NCBI GenBank assembly: GCA_028534125.1
Contig: CM052818.1
Location: 17,796,001-17,860,000, forward strand
Source: Lama glama
Taxonomy: Eukaryota
Length of the DNA stretch: 64,000 nt
Direction: 5' to 3'
Of the stretch, positions 10,999 to 24,979 are shown piece after piece; the stretch's first letter is position 1; every line of letters begins with the position of its first letter. The position numbers were made by a program, and so were the translations under genes. The notes beneath the pieces were generated by a model that saw only the letters and a program-made list of their open reading frames with translations, did no database searches and was not told the origin of the DNA.

Positions 10999-11419
10999 CA
11001 TTATATATAATACTTCTTTGTGTAGTAGATTTACAGGAAATTTCTTTTACTGTTCTTATTTTTTACTTTGCCTTGATTTCTTTACTTCATCTCTCTCACC
11101 CTCCATGGCTTCTGCAAGTTGTTTTGGAAACAACATGTATGATTATTTATTGGGTTAAGTTCCCAGTAGTGAAATTACCATGTGAATATATATAAATGTT
11201 CTTGTAACCTTTAATATCTACTGTAGCCTTTGGTTTGATGAAAGAGTCTCCACCTTGCTTGAAAGCTACTTTTATTATGAATTGTTCATGAATTAAATTC
11301 ATAAAAATGAACCTAACATATCCATAATGAACAATCCTACCTCATGACTGTTGTGGGAATTGAACAAGAGTATATAGGTTCATTGTGTCTAATAGATATT
11401 GATAAATATTGATGCATTA

Positions 11420-12480
11420 ATAAATTCTAGCCATTAGAGTTTTTTAGCCAACCACATTACTGGCATCTTCAGTTTCCATTTAATAAAAGAGATTAAAGGT
11501 TGTACTTGCAGCAAATGCCTCAGCAGTAGAAAACTTATTTTTCTTTACTAATTTTATCACCAATGTCCTACAGCCCTTGCACAAATAATATTTTCCTGTG
11601 GTGTACATTTTAGCCAACTGAATTTCTTCACACAAATCTTTTTCCTGTGCTGTAATTGTCCTTGTAAAATGTTCAAGAGCTATGTTTGAAAAAAAAATTA
11701 AAGTCCATTAACCAGAAGACAATAGTTTCTCAGAAACATACATTTTGTAGGGCTTTATTTGCTGTGTGTAATGAATGAAGTTACCACTCTGTTTGTTTTT
11801 AACCAATAATTAGTTTTTAATTGTAAAAGGTACAGATTGCTGCCAGGCCTTTTATTTATTGAGCTGACTCCATTCCGTTTGAGGGTAATGTCATGTTTAC
11901 CATGGAGTACATGTTGTTTACTTTGAGGATTACTTTCACACTCACATAGCTCTAAATGGTAAATTAACTCAGGTAGAGGCTGTTAACATGTGCAGCTGAA
12001 CTAACTGTCCACAAACTGCACAAGCAGGTTCAAATTTTTTTTTTTTAGTAACAGATTGAGCAATAAAGATGTATCAGTGTTGTCTGAAAATATGCACTCC
12101 ATGGTATGTGAAATAATTGTATCTTTGTTTCATTTGTAAGAAAGAGAAAAGAAATGAAAAGAGTCCACTTGTTATTCATCCCAGCTTTAGAAAATGAATG
12201 TGTTTGTGGTTCACAATACTTTAGTTTTTAATTGCCTGTTTGACAGTAAACCTATTTCCATAATGCAGTGTCTATATTTTATCTTTTATTTGAAGTATGT
12301 GCTCCTTTTTCCAGATAACAGCTTTTAGCTGTTTTTGTTTATATAGTTTATTTTTGTCATAGCTTTGTTATTCTCTTAATAAAAATCACTGTTCAAGAGG
12401 ATTTTTTAAGATCCTTACATCCTCCTGAAACATTTGCATCCTTTGCCCATTATTTTTGAAGAAAGTCCAACTAAAACATA
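11420..12480 (+). pseudogene. Decayed LRRs, LRRCT, then directly a new LRRNT and LRRs
   Basis: RKLIFFTNFITNV, VQELCLKK, FEGN (11878-11889) ... LTQVEAVNMCS*TNCPQ ... SNKDVSVLSENMHSMVCEIIVS. Confidence 0.6.
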
Positions 12481-12699
12481 AGAATATAGTCAACACATTT
12501 TAAAAAGAGAAAAAAAAAAACCCAGTTTATGTGTATACTCCTCAGACCAACCTCCAAAAAACAAGAAGGAAAAAAACCCAAAACCCAATTTACCTATAAT
12601 GCTTTGGATTAGAGGTCATTCGCTTTCTTTTCATCTAACTGAAAGTTTCCATTTGATGTCATGAAATCATAAAAATAATCCCTACATATTAAACATAAG

Positions 12700-15055
12700 A
12701 AAATTGATAATATCAGACAAAATAGGCTTCAACACAAAGACTTAACAAGAGACAAAGAGGGCATTACATTATGATCAAGGGATCAATCCAAGAAGAAAGT
12801 GTAACAATTACAAATACATATGCACCCAACATAGGGGCATCTAAATACATAAAGCAAGTATTAACAGATATGATGGGAGAAGTTGTCAGTAACACAGTAA
12901 CAGTAGAGGACTTTAATACCCACTATATCAAAGGATTGAGCATCCAGACAGAAAAATCAATAAGAAAGCACTGCACATAAAAAACACATTAGACCAGATG
13001 GACTTATATATATAAATATGATACATCTAATATATGTATAAAATATTCCATCCAAAAGCAGCAGAATATATATACTTTCCAAGTGCATATAGAACCTTCT
13101 CCAGGGTAGATCACATCCTAGGCAACAAAATTCATTAAATTTAAGAAAATTGAAACCCTGTCAAGCATCTTTCCCAACCACAATGCTATGAGACTAGAAA
13201 GCAACTACAAGAAAAAAAGCTGCAAAACACATACCCAGGGAACAAAATAATATGCTACTAAATGGCCAGTGGCTCATGGAAGAAATGAAATACCTGGAGA
13301 CAAATGAAAAGAAACAAAAAAGGTCTAAAATCTATTGGATGCAGCAAAAGCAGTTGTAAAAGGGAAGTTTATAGCAATACAAGCTCAAACAACCTAAACT
13401 TAAAGCTAAAGGAATTCGAAAAGCACAACAAAACCCAAATTAGTAGAAGGAAAGAAATCATAAAGATCAGAGCAGAAATAAATAAAATAGAGACTAAAAA
13501 AATAGAAAAGATCAAGGAAACTAAGAGCTGATTCTTTGAAACCATAAACAAAATTGATAAACCTTGAGCCAGACTCATCAAAATAAAGAGGAATCAAATC
13601 AATAAAATCAAAAAATGAAATAGGAAAAGTTCCAAACGATACTACAGAAATACAAAGGATCAAAAAAAATGTAAAGGATCATAAGCAATTACTGCAAATG
13701 ATTATACATCAATAAAATTAACAATTTGGAAGAAATGAACAAATTTCTAAAACTGTACAATGTTGCAAGACTGAAACAGGAAAAAGTAGAAAATACAAAC
13801 AGACCAATTATTAGTAATGAAATTGACTCAATAATTTAAAAAAAAACCAACTCCCCAAAACAAAAGTCCGGGACCAGATAGCTTCACAGGTGAATTCCAC
13901 CAAACCCTTGAGAGAAGACAACAACTGATCCTTCTCAAACTATTCGAAAAAATTACAGAGGAAGGAACATTGGCAAACTCATTCTGAGGCCAGCATCACC
14001 CGGATAACAAAAGCAGACAAATACAGCACACAAAAAGAAAATTACAGAGCAGTGTCACTGATGAACATATATGCAATAATCCTCAATAAAATATTTAGAA
14101 ATCCAAATCTAACAGTATATTAAAAAGATCATAAACCATGATCAAGTGGAATTTACCCAGGGGTGCAAGGATGGGTTCAACATCCACAAATAAGTAAATG
14201 CTGTACACCACAATAACAAACTGAAGAATAAAAATCGTCTTGTGATAACCTATAATGAAAAAGAATGTATGTGCATAACTGAATTACTGTATAGTACATC
14301 AGAAAGTAACACATTGTAAGTAAACTGTACTTCAATAAAAAGTAGAGAATAAAAATAATACAATCATCTTAATACATGCCCCCCCAAAAGCTTTTGTTAA
14401 AATTCAATACCCATTTATGATAAAAACGCTACAAAGTGGGTATAGAAGGAACATACTGCAGCATGATAAAGGCAATATATGATGAAGTCCACAGCTAACA
14501 TCATACTCAGTGGTGAAAAGCTGAAGGCATTTTCCCTAAGATCAGGAACAAAACAAGCATGCTCATTCTTGATGCTTAAATTCAACATATTATTCAAAGT
14601 CCTAGCCACAACAATCAGAGTGAAAAATGAAATAAAAGAAATCCAGATTGGAAAAGAAGAAGTAAAACTGTCACTGTTTGCAGATGATATGATAGAAAAT
14701 CCTAAAGATGACACCAAAAAACTCCTGGAACTCATCAATGAATTTGGTAAAGTTCCAGGAAACAAAATTAATATATAGAAATCTGTTGCATTTCTATACA
14801 CTAAAGATGAGCTATTAGAAAGAGAAGTTTTAAAAAAATCCCACTTACCATTACACCAAAAAAAAAAATACCTAGGTATAAATTTATGAAGGTAAAAGAC
14901 CTGTACTCAGCAAACGTGTAAGACACTGATGAAAGAAAATGAAGGTGACTCAAACAGATGAAAAGATATACCATGTTTGTGTATTAGAAGAATTAATATT
15001 TTTACAGTATCCATATTACCCAAGATGATCTGCAGATTCAGTATAATCTGTATCT
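12700..15055 (+). mobile_element. LINE-1 ORF2 (endonuclease and RT region), disrupted
   Basis: ORF-track peptides MIKGSIQEESVTITNTYAPNIGASKYIKQ, ISRRKEIIKIRAEINKIE and [14 protein letters not shown] are L1 ORF2p. Confidence 0.97.
14236..14345 (+). mobile_element. Younger L1 3' tip nested in L1 ORF2, with TSD
   Basis: tgtgataacctataatgaaaaagaa...gtacttcaataaaa, flanked by agaataaaaat at 14225-14235 and 14346-14356. Confidence 0.85.
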
Positions 15056-15109
15056 CTGGATGTGTACTGTTACCAAAACTCAAACTCAAATTTTACACCA
15101 ATTATATGT

Positions 15110-17650
15110 GAATTTAAATGTAAAATTTTAAAATTCACATATAATGAAATGTACTTTTTTTAAGTGTATAGTTTGAGTATTGACAATTGTACACATCCAA
15201 ATAACCAAGAGCTGCATTTTAATACAGAATATTTGTTGTGTTTTCCTATTCCTCTCCCCTAGCAACCCAGCTCTGCCGGAAGCAACCACTTCTGGTTTCT
15301 ATTGGAATAGACTAGTTTCGCCTGTTCTGTAACTTCATACGTATGCAGTGTATATTACCTACTCTTTTGTGTCTGAATTCTTTTGTTCATCATAACGTTC
15401 TTGAGATTCATCCATACTATTGCCTGTATCAGTAATTGTGACATTTTTATTGCAGAGTAGTTTACCATTGTTTGGATAAACAAATTATAGTATATTCTTT
15501 CCTTTGCCGTTGGCCACTGAGGTTTTTACCGATTACTTATTTTTATGAATAAATATTTATGGATAGATATTATTGTATGAGCCTTTTTGTGGACATGTGT
15601 TCATTTATCTTGGGGAAATACTTAGAAATGGAATGCTAGATTATAATAAAAGGTGTATATTGAACTATATAAGAAACTGTCAAATAAGTTTCCAAACTGA
15701 GTGTTCCACTGTGTACTGCCACCAGCAATGTCTGAGACTGCCACATGCTTCCTATCCTCCCAACATTTTCAGTCTTTTAAATTTGACCCATTTTGGTGGC
15801 TGTGAGACTGTGTCTTATTAAAGTTTCAGTTTGCATTTTTCTTCTGACTGATGTTGAGCATTTTTCATATGCTTACTGGTCAATTTTTAATTTTCTCTTT
15901 TGAAAAATTTATTCAAGTCTCATCGCCATTTTTTTAATCCAGTTGTTTTCCTTATATTGATTCATAGGAGTCCATTGTACATTCTGAATACCCTGCAAAT
16001 CTGTTGTAAAATACATGTTTTGAAAGCATTTTATACAAGCCTGTGATCTGACGTTATTAATGGCAGCTTTTGATGAACAAAAGTTTTTAATTTTGATAAA
16101 ACTCAGTCCCTCCCTTATTTTTTTTGATTTGTGCTCTTCTGCCCAGGACACTTTTTGCATACTATAGAATATGAAGTTATTTTATGATTCACGCTAGAAG
16201 TTTTATATTTTTAGCTTTTCCTGTAGGTCTGTGAATCATCTCAGATACTTTATTGTGGTTAATGTGAGTGTGGGCTTGAGACTCTTTCCTTCCTCCAGAC
16301 TCTTACCAGCACTATTTGTTGAAATGACTTTCTTGCTCCATTGAGGTGTATTGCGATCTTTGTTCACAATCAGTTGACCATATTTGTGTTAACCTATTTC
16401 TGGATTTCCTATTTTATTCCATTGATCTGTACATGTACTGGCATGCCAATACCACACAGTCTTGATTAACCTAGCTTTATAATACGTCTTGAAGCCAGAT
16501 ATGTATGTCCCCCAATTTTGTTGATCTTTTTCAAGATATTTAGGCTATTCTAGGTTCCATTTCCACATATATTTTAGATTAAGCTTACCAATTTCTATAA
16601 AAAGATAGCTGGAATTTTTATTGTATTGCATTCAATCTGCAAGTCAAATAGTGGAGCACTGAAAATAATACTGTCTTAAAATTAATGAATATTGTAACCT
16701 TCCTAGTTATTCAGGTTTTAAAAAATGTTCTCTAAAGTGATACTCTGTTTTCAGTGCAGGGATCTTGTACTTCTTACATGAATTTTTTTCTAAGTATGTT
16801 ATGGGTTTTGGTACAAATATAAATGATATTATTTCATTTTCCAGTTGGTTGCTGCTAGTCTAGAAATACAATTTATTTTTGTATATAACCTTCTATCCTG
16901 AGATCTTGCTAAATTAACTTACTAATTCTACTAGTTTTAAAATACATTGCTAAGAGTTTCTATATAAACAGTATGTTATTTCCAAATAAAGGTAGTTTGC
17001 ATCTTAATTAATTGCCTGTAAGCCTTTTGCTTTTTCTCCTTTCCTAATTGCTCTTGCTGAAACTTCCAGTATAATGTTGATTAGAAATTATAAGAACACA
17101 TCTTTGCCTTGTTCTTGATGTAAGGAGGCAAACATTCAACATTTTACTGTAAGTGAGATGTTAATTGCGACGTTTTCATACATATCCTTTTTTTTTTTAG
17201 TCAGATCAAGGATGCTTCCTTCTATTTCTATTTACTGAAATTAAAAAAAAATCAAATAGATGAATAAACTTTCTCTGTTGCTTTTTCTGTATATATGTAT
17301 TTTTTCTCTTTTATTCTGTTACTGTGGTAAATTACATTGATGGAATTTCAAATATTAAAACAGCCTGGCATACTTGAAAGAAACTCCACTTGGAGTTTCT
17401 ATTATCTCTTATCTATTATCTCTTTTATATGTTGTTGTTGAGTTGGAGTTGTAAATATTGTTTTTAAGATATTTGCACCTGCATTTTGGAGAAATGTTTG
17501 GTTTGCAGATTTCTTACCAAAAAAAAAAAAAAAAGAAGTAAAGATACTGTATCAAGGATGTGCTGGCTTCAAAATGTAATAATCCCTCATTGTCTATTCT
17601 GAATTTGTGTAAGATTTCTATTTCTTCCTTAACAGTTTGATAGGATTACC
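15110..17650 (-). mobile_element. Old L1M 3' end and ORF2, antisense
   Basis: aaattcacatataatgaaatgtac...; minus ORF FIKIKNFCSSKAAI is the L1 ORF2 C-terminal region. Confidence 0.9.
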
Positions 17651-17659
17651 AATAAAGGT

Positions 17660-18350
17660 AAACTTATGTTTTGCTCTGTAGTAACTTCTCATTAATGACC
17701 TGCTTCTGTTCATGTAATGATTTTCTCCCTGTGACCTCTAATAGAAATTGTGGTCAGGATAATTCAGTTGGCAAATTATAATGTATTTAATTATAAGAAA
17801 TCTACTGTGGCTATCTTCAACTCTTATTTATTTTTCTATTGCTGTTTAATCTTTCACATAATTTCCTGACTCTTCCATGTGTAGATTTCTTCATTGTAAG
17901 GGCCTGTCTTCTATGCCTGGTACTATTCATAATTCCTAGCACTTTGCTTATGGAATTTTGAACACTTGGTAAATCCTTACTCCTTTACTCTTCTGTGAGA
18001 ATGCTAAAGAGAAATGTCCTTTATTTGTCTTTAATTAATTCTTTTAAGTGTCAAGGGAATCTGCTTTGTTCCAACATTATTAAATCTGCTTATTATCAAA
18101 TCTCTATTCTTCATTAAAATAGATTTTATCTCAATTCATTTCTCATTCCACAGTGAAAATTTTAAGTATCACCAGCTTCCGTAGGTAGATAACTTCTGCA
18201 GCTTCACAATTCTTGAATTTAAATTTTTGTCATTCATTCATGTTTTTCTTCCATTTACTTCTAAAATAAAGAACACCCCGGTAAATCAGCGCCTTTATTC
18301 CTTACTGGATTACTTATAGAAAATTATCTTCAAGATTCTTTTCAGAAGAA
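17660..18350 (+). pseudogene. Decayed LRR segment resuming after the L1 insertions
   Basis: LLLFNLSHNFLT at 17836-17871 is a textbook LRR. Also RNLLWLSS, CLLCLVL/HNS and a QGNLLCS LRRCT-like motif near 18053. Confidence 0.75.
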
Positions 18351-18364
18351 TGGTGGAATATGAT

Positions 18365-18800
18365 ATAAATATTATAGCAGATAGCAGAAAACCCCAAATT
18401 CCATCACGTTACTTGGAACAATTCAGAAATGGTCATGTGGCCCAATTTTAGTGAGATGCTAGAAGATACTGGCAAGTTTGGTGAAGAGTCATTTTTACCA
18501 TTAAGGGGTAGTTTTCAGGGAGCATGTACCTCTATCCTTATGAATATGAAAAAGGAAACATGTAACTCTTCCTCTTCCTCATGGCTGCTCTGAGATCATT
18601 AGGTGAAGCAGTGTTAGGCTGACACAGTAGCCAAGGTGGGTAATGACTAGAGTCTGGGCACTTGATGGTTCAGTTGAATTTCTCAATCAACTAATTCTGA
18701 AAATTGGCCCTATCTTTGGACTTTATTATTTGGGGTATTAATTATATTGTTATTTAAGGCAGATCTTTCTCCCTTGCAGCTAAAAATAGTCCCAATATTA
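18365..18800 (+). mobile_element. MaLR LTR (MLT1 type)
   Basis: ggtcatgtggcccaatt...gagatg and 3' tattgttatttaagg...cttgcagctaaaa. Confidence 0.6.
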
Positions 18801-19450
18801 TGACTTCATAATCCAGAAAATATGATAAAAAAAATACATAATGTAATGTATGTGTATCTTTTAGATTGGGGGGATTTGGGAGATTTGCTTTTTAAGTGGC
18901 AACACTTAGGCAGCAGTAGAATGGAAACCACTGGAAAATGTACATGACACAGGGATAGATTTTAGAGAAATGGAAGATCTTTAGAGACCGAAGAGGCTGT
19001 GGTTTGAGTATTTAGGGAGGAAGTCGGACTGAAAAAGATCAAGGAGAAAGCTGGCTCAGAGGAAGTGGGTAGCTGCAATCAGACTCATTTTAATATGGAT
19101 ATGAGCTGCAGATTAATTTAAGTGCAAACTTGATAATTCTGTTTCCATGGTTTATAAAATTTCCTATGTGGCCAAGGCAAAAGAAAATATTAACTACTAA
19201 GTGGATGTGGTATTATATCAATAATTGCTGTTTACCTAAATAGAACATACATAGCTGAGCACAATATAAGTCATCAATACTTGTTACTTGGTTCTTATTT
19301 TTATGTTTATTTTTTTCCTGAGTGCCATGAGGCTGTGAATGTTGTAGAATTTTGATGAACACTGAAACCAGATCTTAACATGTTTGATAACAAGGAAAGC
19401 CTTGCTATTAACCTTCCTGTAATACATATTTACATGGGAGGTAAGCAGAA

Positions 19451-19524
19451 ATATATATATATATACACATATATATATATATATGTATATATATGTATAT
19501 ATATATATATGTGTATATATATAT
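19451..19524. repeat. (TA)n microsatellite, imperfect
   Basis: Directly visible. Confidence 0.95.
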
Positions 19525-21369
19525 AAAATTGGCCTATTTAATCAACCTTTAAAATGTTCAGAATTTTCAAAAATAAAAGCATTCTGTTACCAAGAGCTGC
19601 TAGGATTTGTGGAAAAGAATCTGGAATATATTCTACCTGCTTCATGTCCACTGTGTCTAATCCACAGTAGCTAATAAATTTTCAGTTTCATATAACTGAT
19701 TTTCTCAAGTCTGATAGCCATAACCACATTCAGCTCTACTCTTGTCTGTAATGACATTTTCCTTTGTCTCATTTTTCTTAGTACTTATTTCAGTGACAAA
19801 GTTGGAAAAGAACTTCAAGTGGCCATTTCTGTTGCTGCTTTTTCTTGAAGGCTAGAGGATTCTTTGTTTTAAAAAGAGAACCATGGAAATGGCTCTTGAA
19901 GTTAATAAAGCCTGGGCATGTAAACGGTACATAATATATACCCATTGTTTGTTTTCCAAGAATGTTGTGAAATGACAGACCATCTCGTTAGAACCAGAAG
20001 TCAAGACATTTCCACTTTTGCCTCTTGCCGTTGTTTCCCCTCACTTAGTAGAGTCTAGCCTGTGCAGGCATGGCGAAATCTGTTTCTGCTACCAGTTCCC
20101 CCTTTCATCTGCCACCTCTCCCTGTGTGTGGTTGAGTGAAATTAATGGAAGAGAGAAAACGATACAGTTTAGTTCACCCTCTCCTAATCTCACCAGTATT
20201 TATCCCTGCAGGTAAAAGACAACCTGCGGGCTTTTATATACTAGATTTTTAAAGTAAATGTTATTTGATGAATTTTCATAAATATCCAATTTATACCAAA
20301 TATTTTCCTGCTTCAAAAATAAATGGAAGGATAATGACCACAACCCACCACCACGTACAAAATGGGGTCAAAGCTGACAGCTTAATTTATAACAAAGTAG
20401 AGTTTGTGTTTTCTGGGTCAGGAAAACAGAATGCAGAGAGAATTCATCTACAATTTAAAAATACTTCACTGCAAATGTGCCTTCAAATCTGTGCCGGTTG
20501 TTCTTGGATCATCAGAGTCATTCTGTGGTTTTGTTTTTTTTTAAAGGAAGGAAAAGAGCTTCTTTGTTGAAAAGTATTAGCAGATTCAGTTAATGAGGGA
20601 GATGCAGAGCAGGTGTAAATGGTTAAATATTACAATTTATGAGTAGGATTTTTGTGTCATTATTTTGCACCTCTGTTTAATTTCACGGCTTCAGGCCCTG
20701 CAGCTGTCAATCAAATGTGTCCTCTCTCACAGAGGACTCGTGGAAGGTTGATCAGGGACTGGGGCACTGGGCTGGGATGAGGATGTGTGGACTCAGTTCC
20801 TTCTGCTTCCACACCATTCTTAGCCTCTGTGACTCCCAAGTGCTCATTGTCCAAATGAGATTAATAACCTTGAAATGCAGGGAGATTTTCTAGAAGTTCT
20901 TGGAGATCTATGAGGATATCTAAAAACATAGCCCAGATTATAGCTCTGTGATGTGAAGTTTGTAGGATGCTCTGAAAGCGGAAGTTATGAACCTCAAAGA
21001 TAATTTAATATTTACCCGTAGTTTATGATGTAATTAGGAAACTCTTGCTGCTGTTGAGACAGTGGGCTGCTAGGTAGAGATGAGCTTTGCCTTTTCCAGG
21101 CTGCTCTCCAACTGGAACCTGAGGTAAAGGAGACCAGATAGATTGCAGTGCCTATGAGATAAGTAATACACAAATGCAATGTGAAAAGACTCTGCACTGG
21201 GCTCTGTGGAGGGCATAGATATCCACACTGGGCTGATAGAAAGCCTCAAAGATCAAGAGTACCTGTCCTGGTAAAATGATGCACTAGGCGGAGTGTACTC
21301 AGTGTACATCATTTGACAGAAGCTAAGAAGAAGTTCATGTGTGATGACAATAAACGTAATGGTGACTAC

Positions 21370-21550
21370 ACTCAAGCACAGCACTCTAAATGCACCATGT
21401 GAACGTCTGAGTTCTTTCATTTTACTGTCTTGCTTGGTTTTCATAACCCTGTGGTATAGGTATTAATTGTATCCTCCTTTAAGAAGGGGGAAACTGAGGT
21501 CTAGCAAATTAAATAAGCTTGCACGTGGCAGAGTCAGCATTTGAATGCCA
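21370..21550 (-). mobile_element. MIR SINE
   Basis: aaccctgtggtataggtatt...ggggaaactgaggtc...gtggcagagtcagcatttgaa. Confidence 0.8.
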
Positions 21551-21879
21551 CTGCCTGTTTCCCTGTCCCCGAGGTGGCACGCTGCCTTGGATGTTCCCAT
21601 TTCCACACACATGCTTCAGTTTTCAGGCCCCAGAGGGAGGGATGGACAACAGAACACAAAACCCTGCTCACGGCTGCAGCTCAGAGAGCCAACCAAAGAG
21701 GTCTCTGAAGGGAGTAACGGAAACGTCTCCCACAGAACATGACAGCCAACACAAGCCTGAACAGAGCTGTGAAGCAAGAGCAGAATGAAGAAAAATGGCA
21801 GGAAATTATGCAGAGATGTGACCAGAGAGGAAATAAGGAGGAAGGGAGAGAGGAGGAAATGGAGAGGTTATCCATGAGG

Positions 21880-22312
21880 ATTAGTCTTAGCTGCAGTCAA
21901 AAGAAACTCCAAGACTCCAGTGGCTTAAACAGGATTTTTAGTAATTATTTTTCATGTTTAAAGAGTATATAGTTGTTCAGTATTTTAGGGCTGCTAACAA
22001 TGTAATCGGAGATCCAGGTTTCAACATGTAGTTTCAGCTCAAAAATGACCATTCAAGTTCTACCCTTGTATCCAGATTATCGGTGTCAAGAAAAGGGAAG
22101 GAGAAAAGGGAGCATATTCCAACTCTTAAAGGTGCTCCACAGATGCTAAAGGCATTTCTGTTCCCTTGTGGACGGCCAGAACACAGCCTTATAGCCATGA
22201 CTAACTCCAGAGGAGGCTGGAAAAGTAACCTGTAACCCAGCAGCCATGTGCCTAAAATAAGGCTTTTATTACTTAGGGAGAAAAGAGAATATTGGGAAGC
22301 AGCTGGTAGTTT
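21880..22312 (-). mobile_element. MaLR LTR (MLT1 type)
   Basis: tagctgcagtc...cagtggcttaaac...; ggaggctggaaaag...cagccatgtgcc...attgggaagcagctg. Confidence 0.7.
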
Positions 22313-22429
22313 CTTCATGGGAAGAAAGGGGGGGTGGGTGGAGCATAATAAATACAACCCAGGAAAAGAAGATACTTTGAAGTGGCTCACACCCAAGGCA
22401 CGTAAGGCACTGCTCTACAAGTAGTCCAT

Positions 22430-23400
22430 GCTGTTGAACAAGTGAGTAAAAGTACTAATTTGCTAAAGTGAGATACTCACTTCAGAATGAAATTACAGAA
22501 GGAATTGCAGCGCTAAGAAAGCAGATTAAAAAGTCAGACTAATTGATAAACGGGAGACAAATAACAGAATAGATAGATCTGAAGAAGCATTAATAGTGAA
22601 CATGAATGATTACAGATAATCACAAAGAATGCTGAGGAAAATAACCAATAAATAAATTGGATAGAATATAACAGATATGAAAGAGCCACTGAAATCCAGC
22701 ATGAAGACAGCTTGTGTCTCTGGAATAGAAAATCTGATGGATAGAACAAAACAGTACCTTAAAATATGATAAAAAATTTCCCTAAAATGAAACATGTTGA
22801 GAATTTAGTGTTGAAGAAATGTCATCTAATACAGAGGAAAATGATACAAACTAATTGCCACTAATGCACATCCTCAGTATGAATACATCTTTTAGTCTTA
22901 TAGGTAGGAGCATTAAAAGAAAAAAAGGGAGATTAAGTTAGCTTTAGGTGAATCCACAGCATTCAGAGACAGAATATAATGAGAAGTGTCTGTTTAGTTT
23001 ATGAAAAATAAAGTGTGATCCAAAAAAAGTGTATTTAGCGGAGATATAGTTGAAATACGAAGTCAACAGAGAAACATCCTCAAACATAAAAGAACCCAGG
23101 GAAGGTGGCACCAGTGTTCTTTTCTCAAAATAAATCAAGAAAAGGAAATCCTATCCATTAAATATGAAAACTTTGAAACCAGGAATGGAAAGCTGGTAGG
23201 TAATAGTCAACATTGAATCTATTTAAACATTAAAACTAAACCATGAGAACTATGGTTATAGAATGGAACCTAAATGTCAAACTTAAGACAATATAAAATC
23301 AGTAATACAACTCATAAAACTTAGGAGGCAAGACAAAAGTGCTAATCATTTCATCAGTGCAAGGACTATATTGAGGCTTCTGAATTTGAAACACGTATCA
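22430..23400 (+). mobile_element. Old L1 or HAL1 ORF1-region fragment
   Basis: A-rich; gaagcattaatagtgaac, aaaatttccctaaaatgaa, gatccaaaaaaagtgtatttagcggag resemble degraded ORF1. Confidence 0.55.
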
Positions 23401-23799
23401 AAAGGAGACTTCATCTTTGTAACGATTTTCATAATCTCTTTTTAATCTTTCTGGTACTTTGAAAAATAGTAGCTATCATGGTAAAGGAACATCCAGTGTT
23501 TAACAATTTTTTCAGTTTCACTTTACTTTCCCAATATTTTCTTAAAATAAAATTTAATGATTTTCATCAAAAACAGCTTTCTGATTGCCCTAAATACATA
23601 TTCATAGATATATGTACATATATAATATATAAAAATATATGTATATTATGTATATAATATCTTTACTTGCAAGGACAGTTACCTAAGAAAGCTGATTATT
23701 TAGTAATTTTTATGGGTGGTAGAATCTGAGGTAATATTTTCCTCTTGGCACATTAAGCATTGCTCGAATTCTTATTGGTATGAATCAATTAAGGCAACA

Positions 23800-24960
23800 G
23801 ATCACTATTTTTTAAGAGAAATAGGATGATCAGTGAAGGCCTCTCTGAAGAGAATGGCATGTACGAAAATAATCTGAAAGAAGTGAGGAAGTAAGACCAA
23901 AGATGCCCAGGGAGGAATAGACTGGACATATCTGAGAGGAAGCTGGGGTGGTACAGTAGATTCAACAAGGTATAGAGCAGTTGAAAGTGAGATTATGTGG
24001 TGTTTTGTAAACCGTGTAAGGCCATGGACTTTTATTATGAGTGATATGGGAATCAACTGGAGATAGTTAAATTTAGGAATTGCATGGTTTGTCTTACATT
24101 TTAAAAGGTTTCCTAGATTTCTTTATAGAGGATATACTGTAGAATGACAAGAATGGTAGGAATGAGGCAAGACAAGAGGTTAGTGAATAATCCAGGTGAG
24201 AGGAATTGCGACTTGAACCACAGAGGTCGAGGTGGAAGAGAAGATAAATATTTAGATTCTGGAGGTACTCTTAAGGTAGATCTAATACGAAGTGCCAGTG
24301 GATTGGATCTTAACTGGGAGAGAAAATGGATAAAATAATAGCAAGAATTTTGGCTGAAGTAACTGGAAGAATGCTACTGTGATTTACTGAGATAGGGCAG
24401 CCAAGAGAAGGAACAATATAAGTTGTTGAACGCTTTAAACTCAGTATTAGAATGTGTAAGTTGGAAATTTTTCTTTGATATCTAAGTAGGGAGGTTAAAT
24501 AGCTAATTATACATCAGAGGATGTAATTCATGGAAGAGTTCTGGATTAAAGTTGTCCATTTGCAGATCATCAGTATAGAACAGTAGCTAAAGTCATGAGA
24601 TCAAATGAAACGGTCAAGGGAGTGGCAATAAAGAGATTCAGGGGGCAGCCCAGATGTAGCCTACAGAATATGACATTAGCAAAACAGACTGAAGTTGGAG
24701 GCCCTAAGTGAGGTGTCAGAGGAACCTCGAGAGTGGTTTCCTGGATGTCAAATGATGGAAGAATTTTAGGATGGAGGAAGCAAGAAACTGTGTCAGATGA
24801 TGCAAAGAAGTACAGAAAAATAGGGACAGAGAATTGGGCATTCAGCATAGCAACTTGGAGATGATGGGTGATTTTGACAAGAGCTGCTTTGATAGAATGT
24901 TGGGATATAGAGCCTATTTGGAATGTGCATACAAGACAATCAAAGGACGGGAACTCGGTT
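23800..24960 (-). mobile_element. L2 LINE
   Basis: cagtgaaggcctctctgaaga, ataatccaggtgaga, gatttactgagataggg, gattttgacaagagctgcttt are antisense L2a-type segments. Confidence 0.85.
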
Positions 24961-24979
24961 CTGAAATATACATACTTTA

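Larger units (their letters stand above)
18850..21800 (+). pseudogene. Several tandem decayed LRRNT-LRR-LRRCT modules
   Basis: LQINLSANLI (19106-19135), LLSGCGIISI, FSVSYN*F, EN/PWK (~19876) ... IVCFP, CRHGEICFC, SLIYNKVEF, ERIHLQF, MCPLSQRTRGRLI, EVMNLKDNLI (20981-21010), SLKDQEYLSW*ND. Interrupted by a (TA)n tract and a MIR. Confidence 0.7.

Noticed and set aside
12771..14801. ORFs up to 128 aa as host genes
   Set aside because: They are L1 ORF2 fragments or their antisense.
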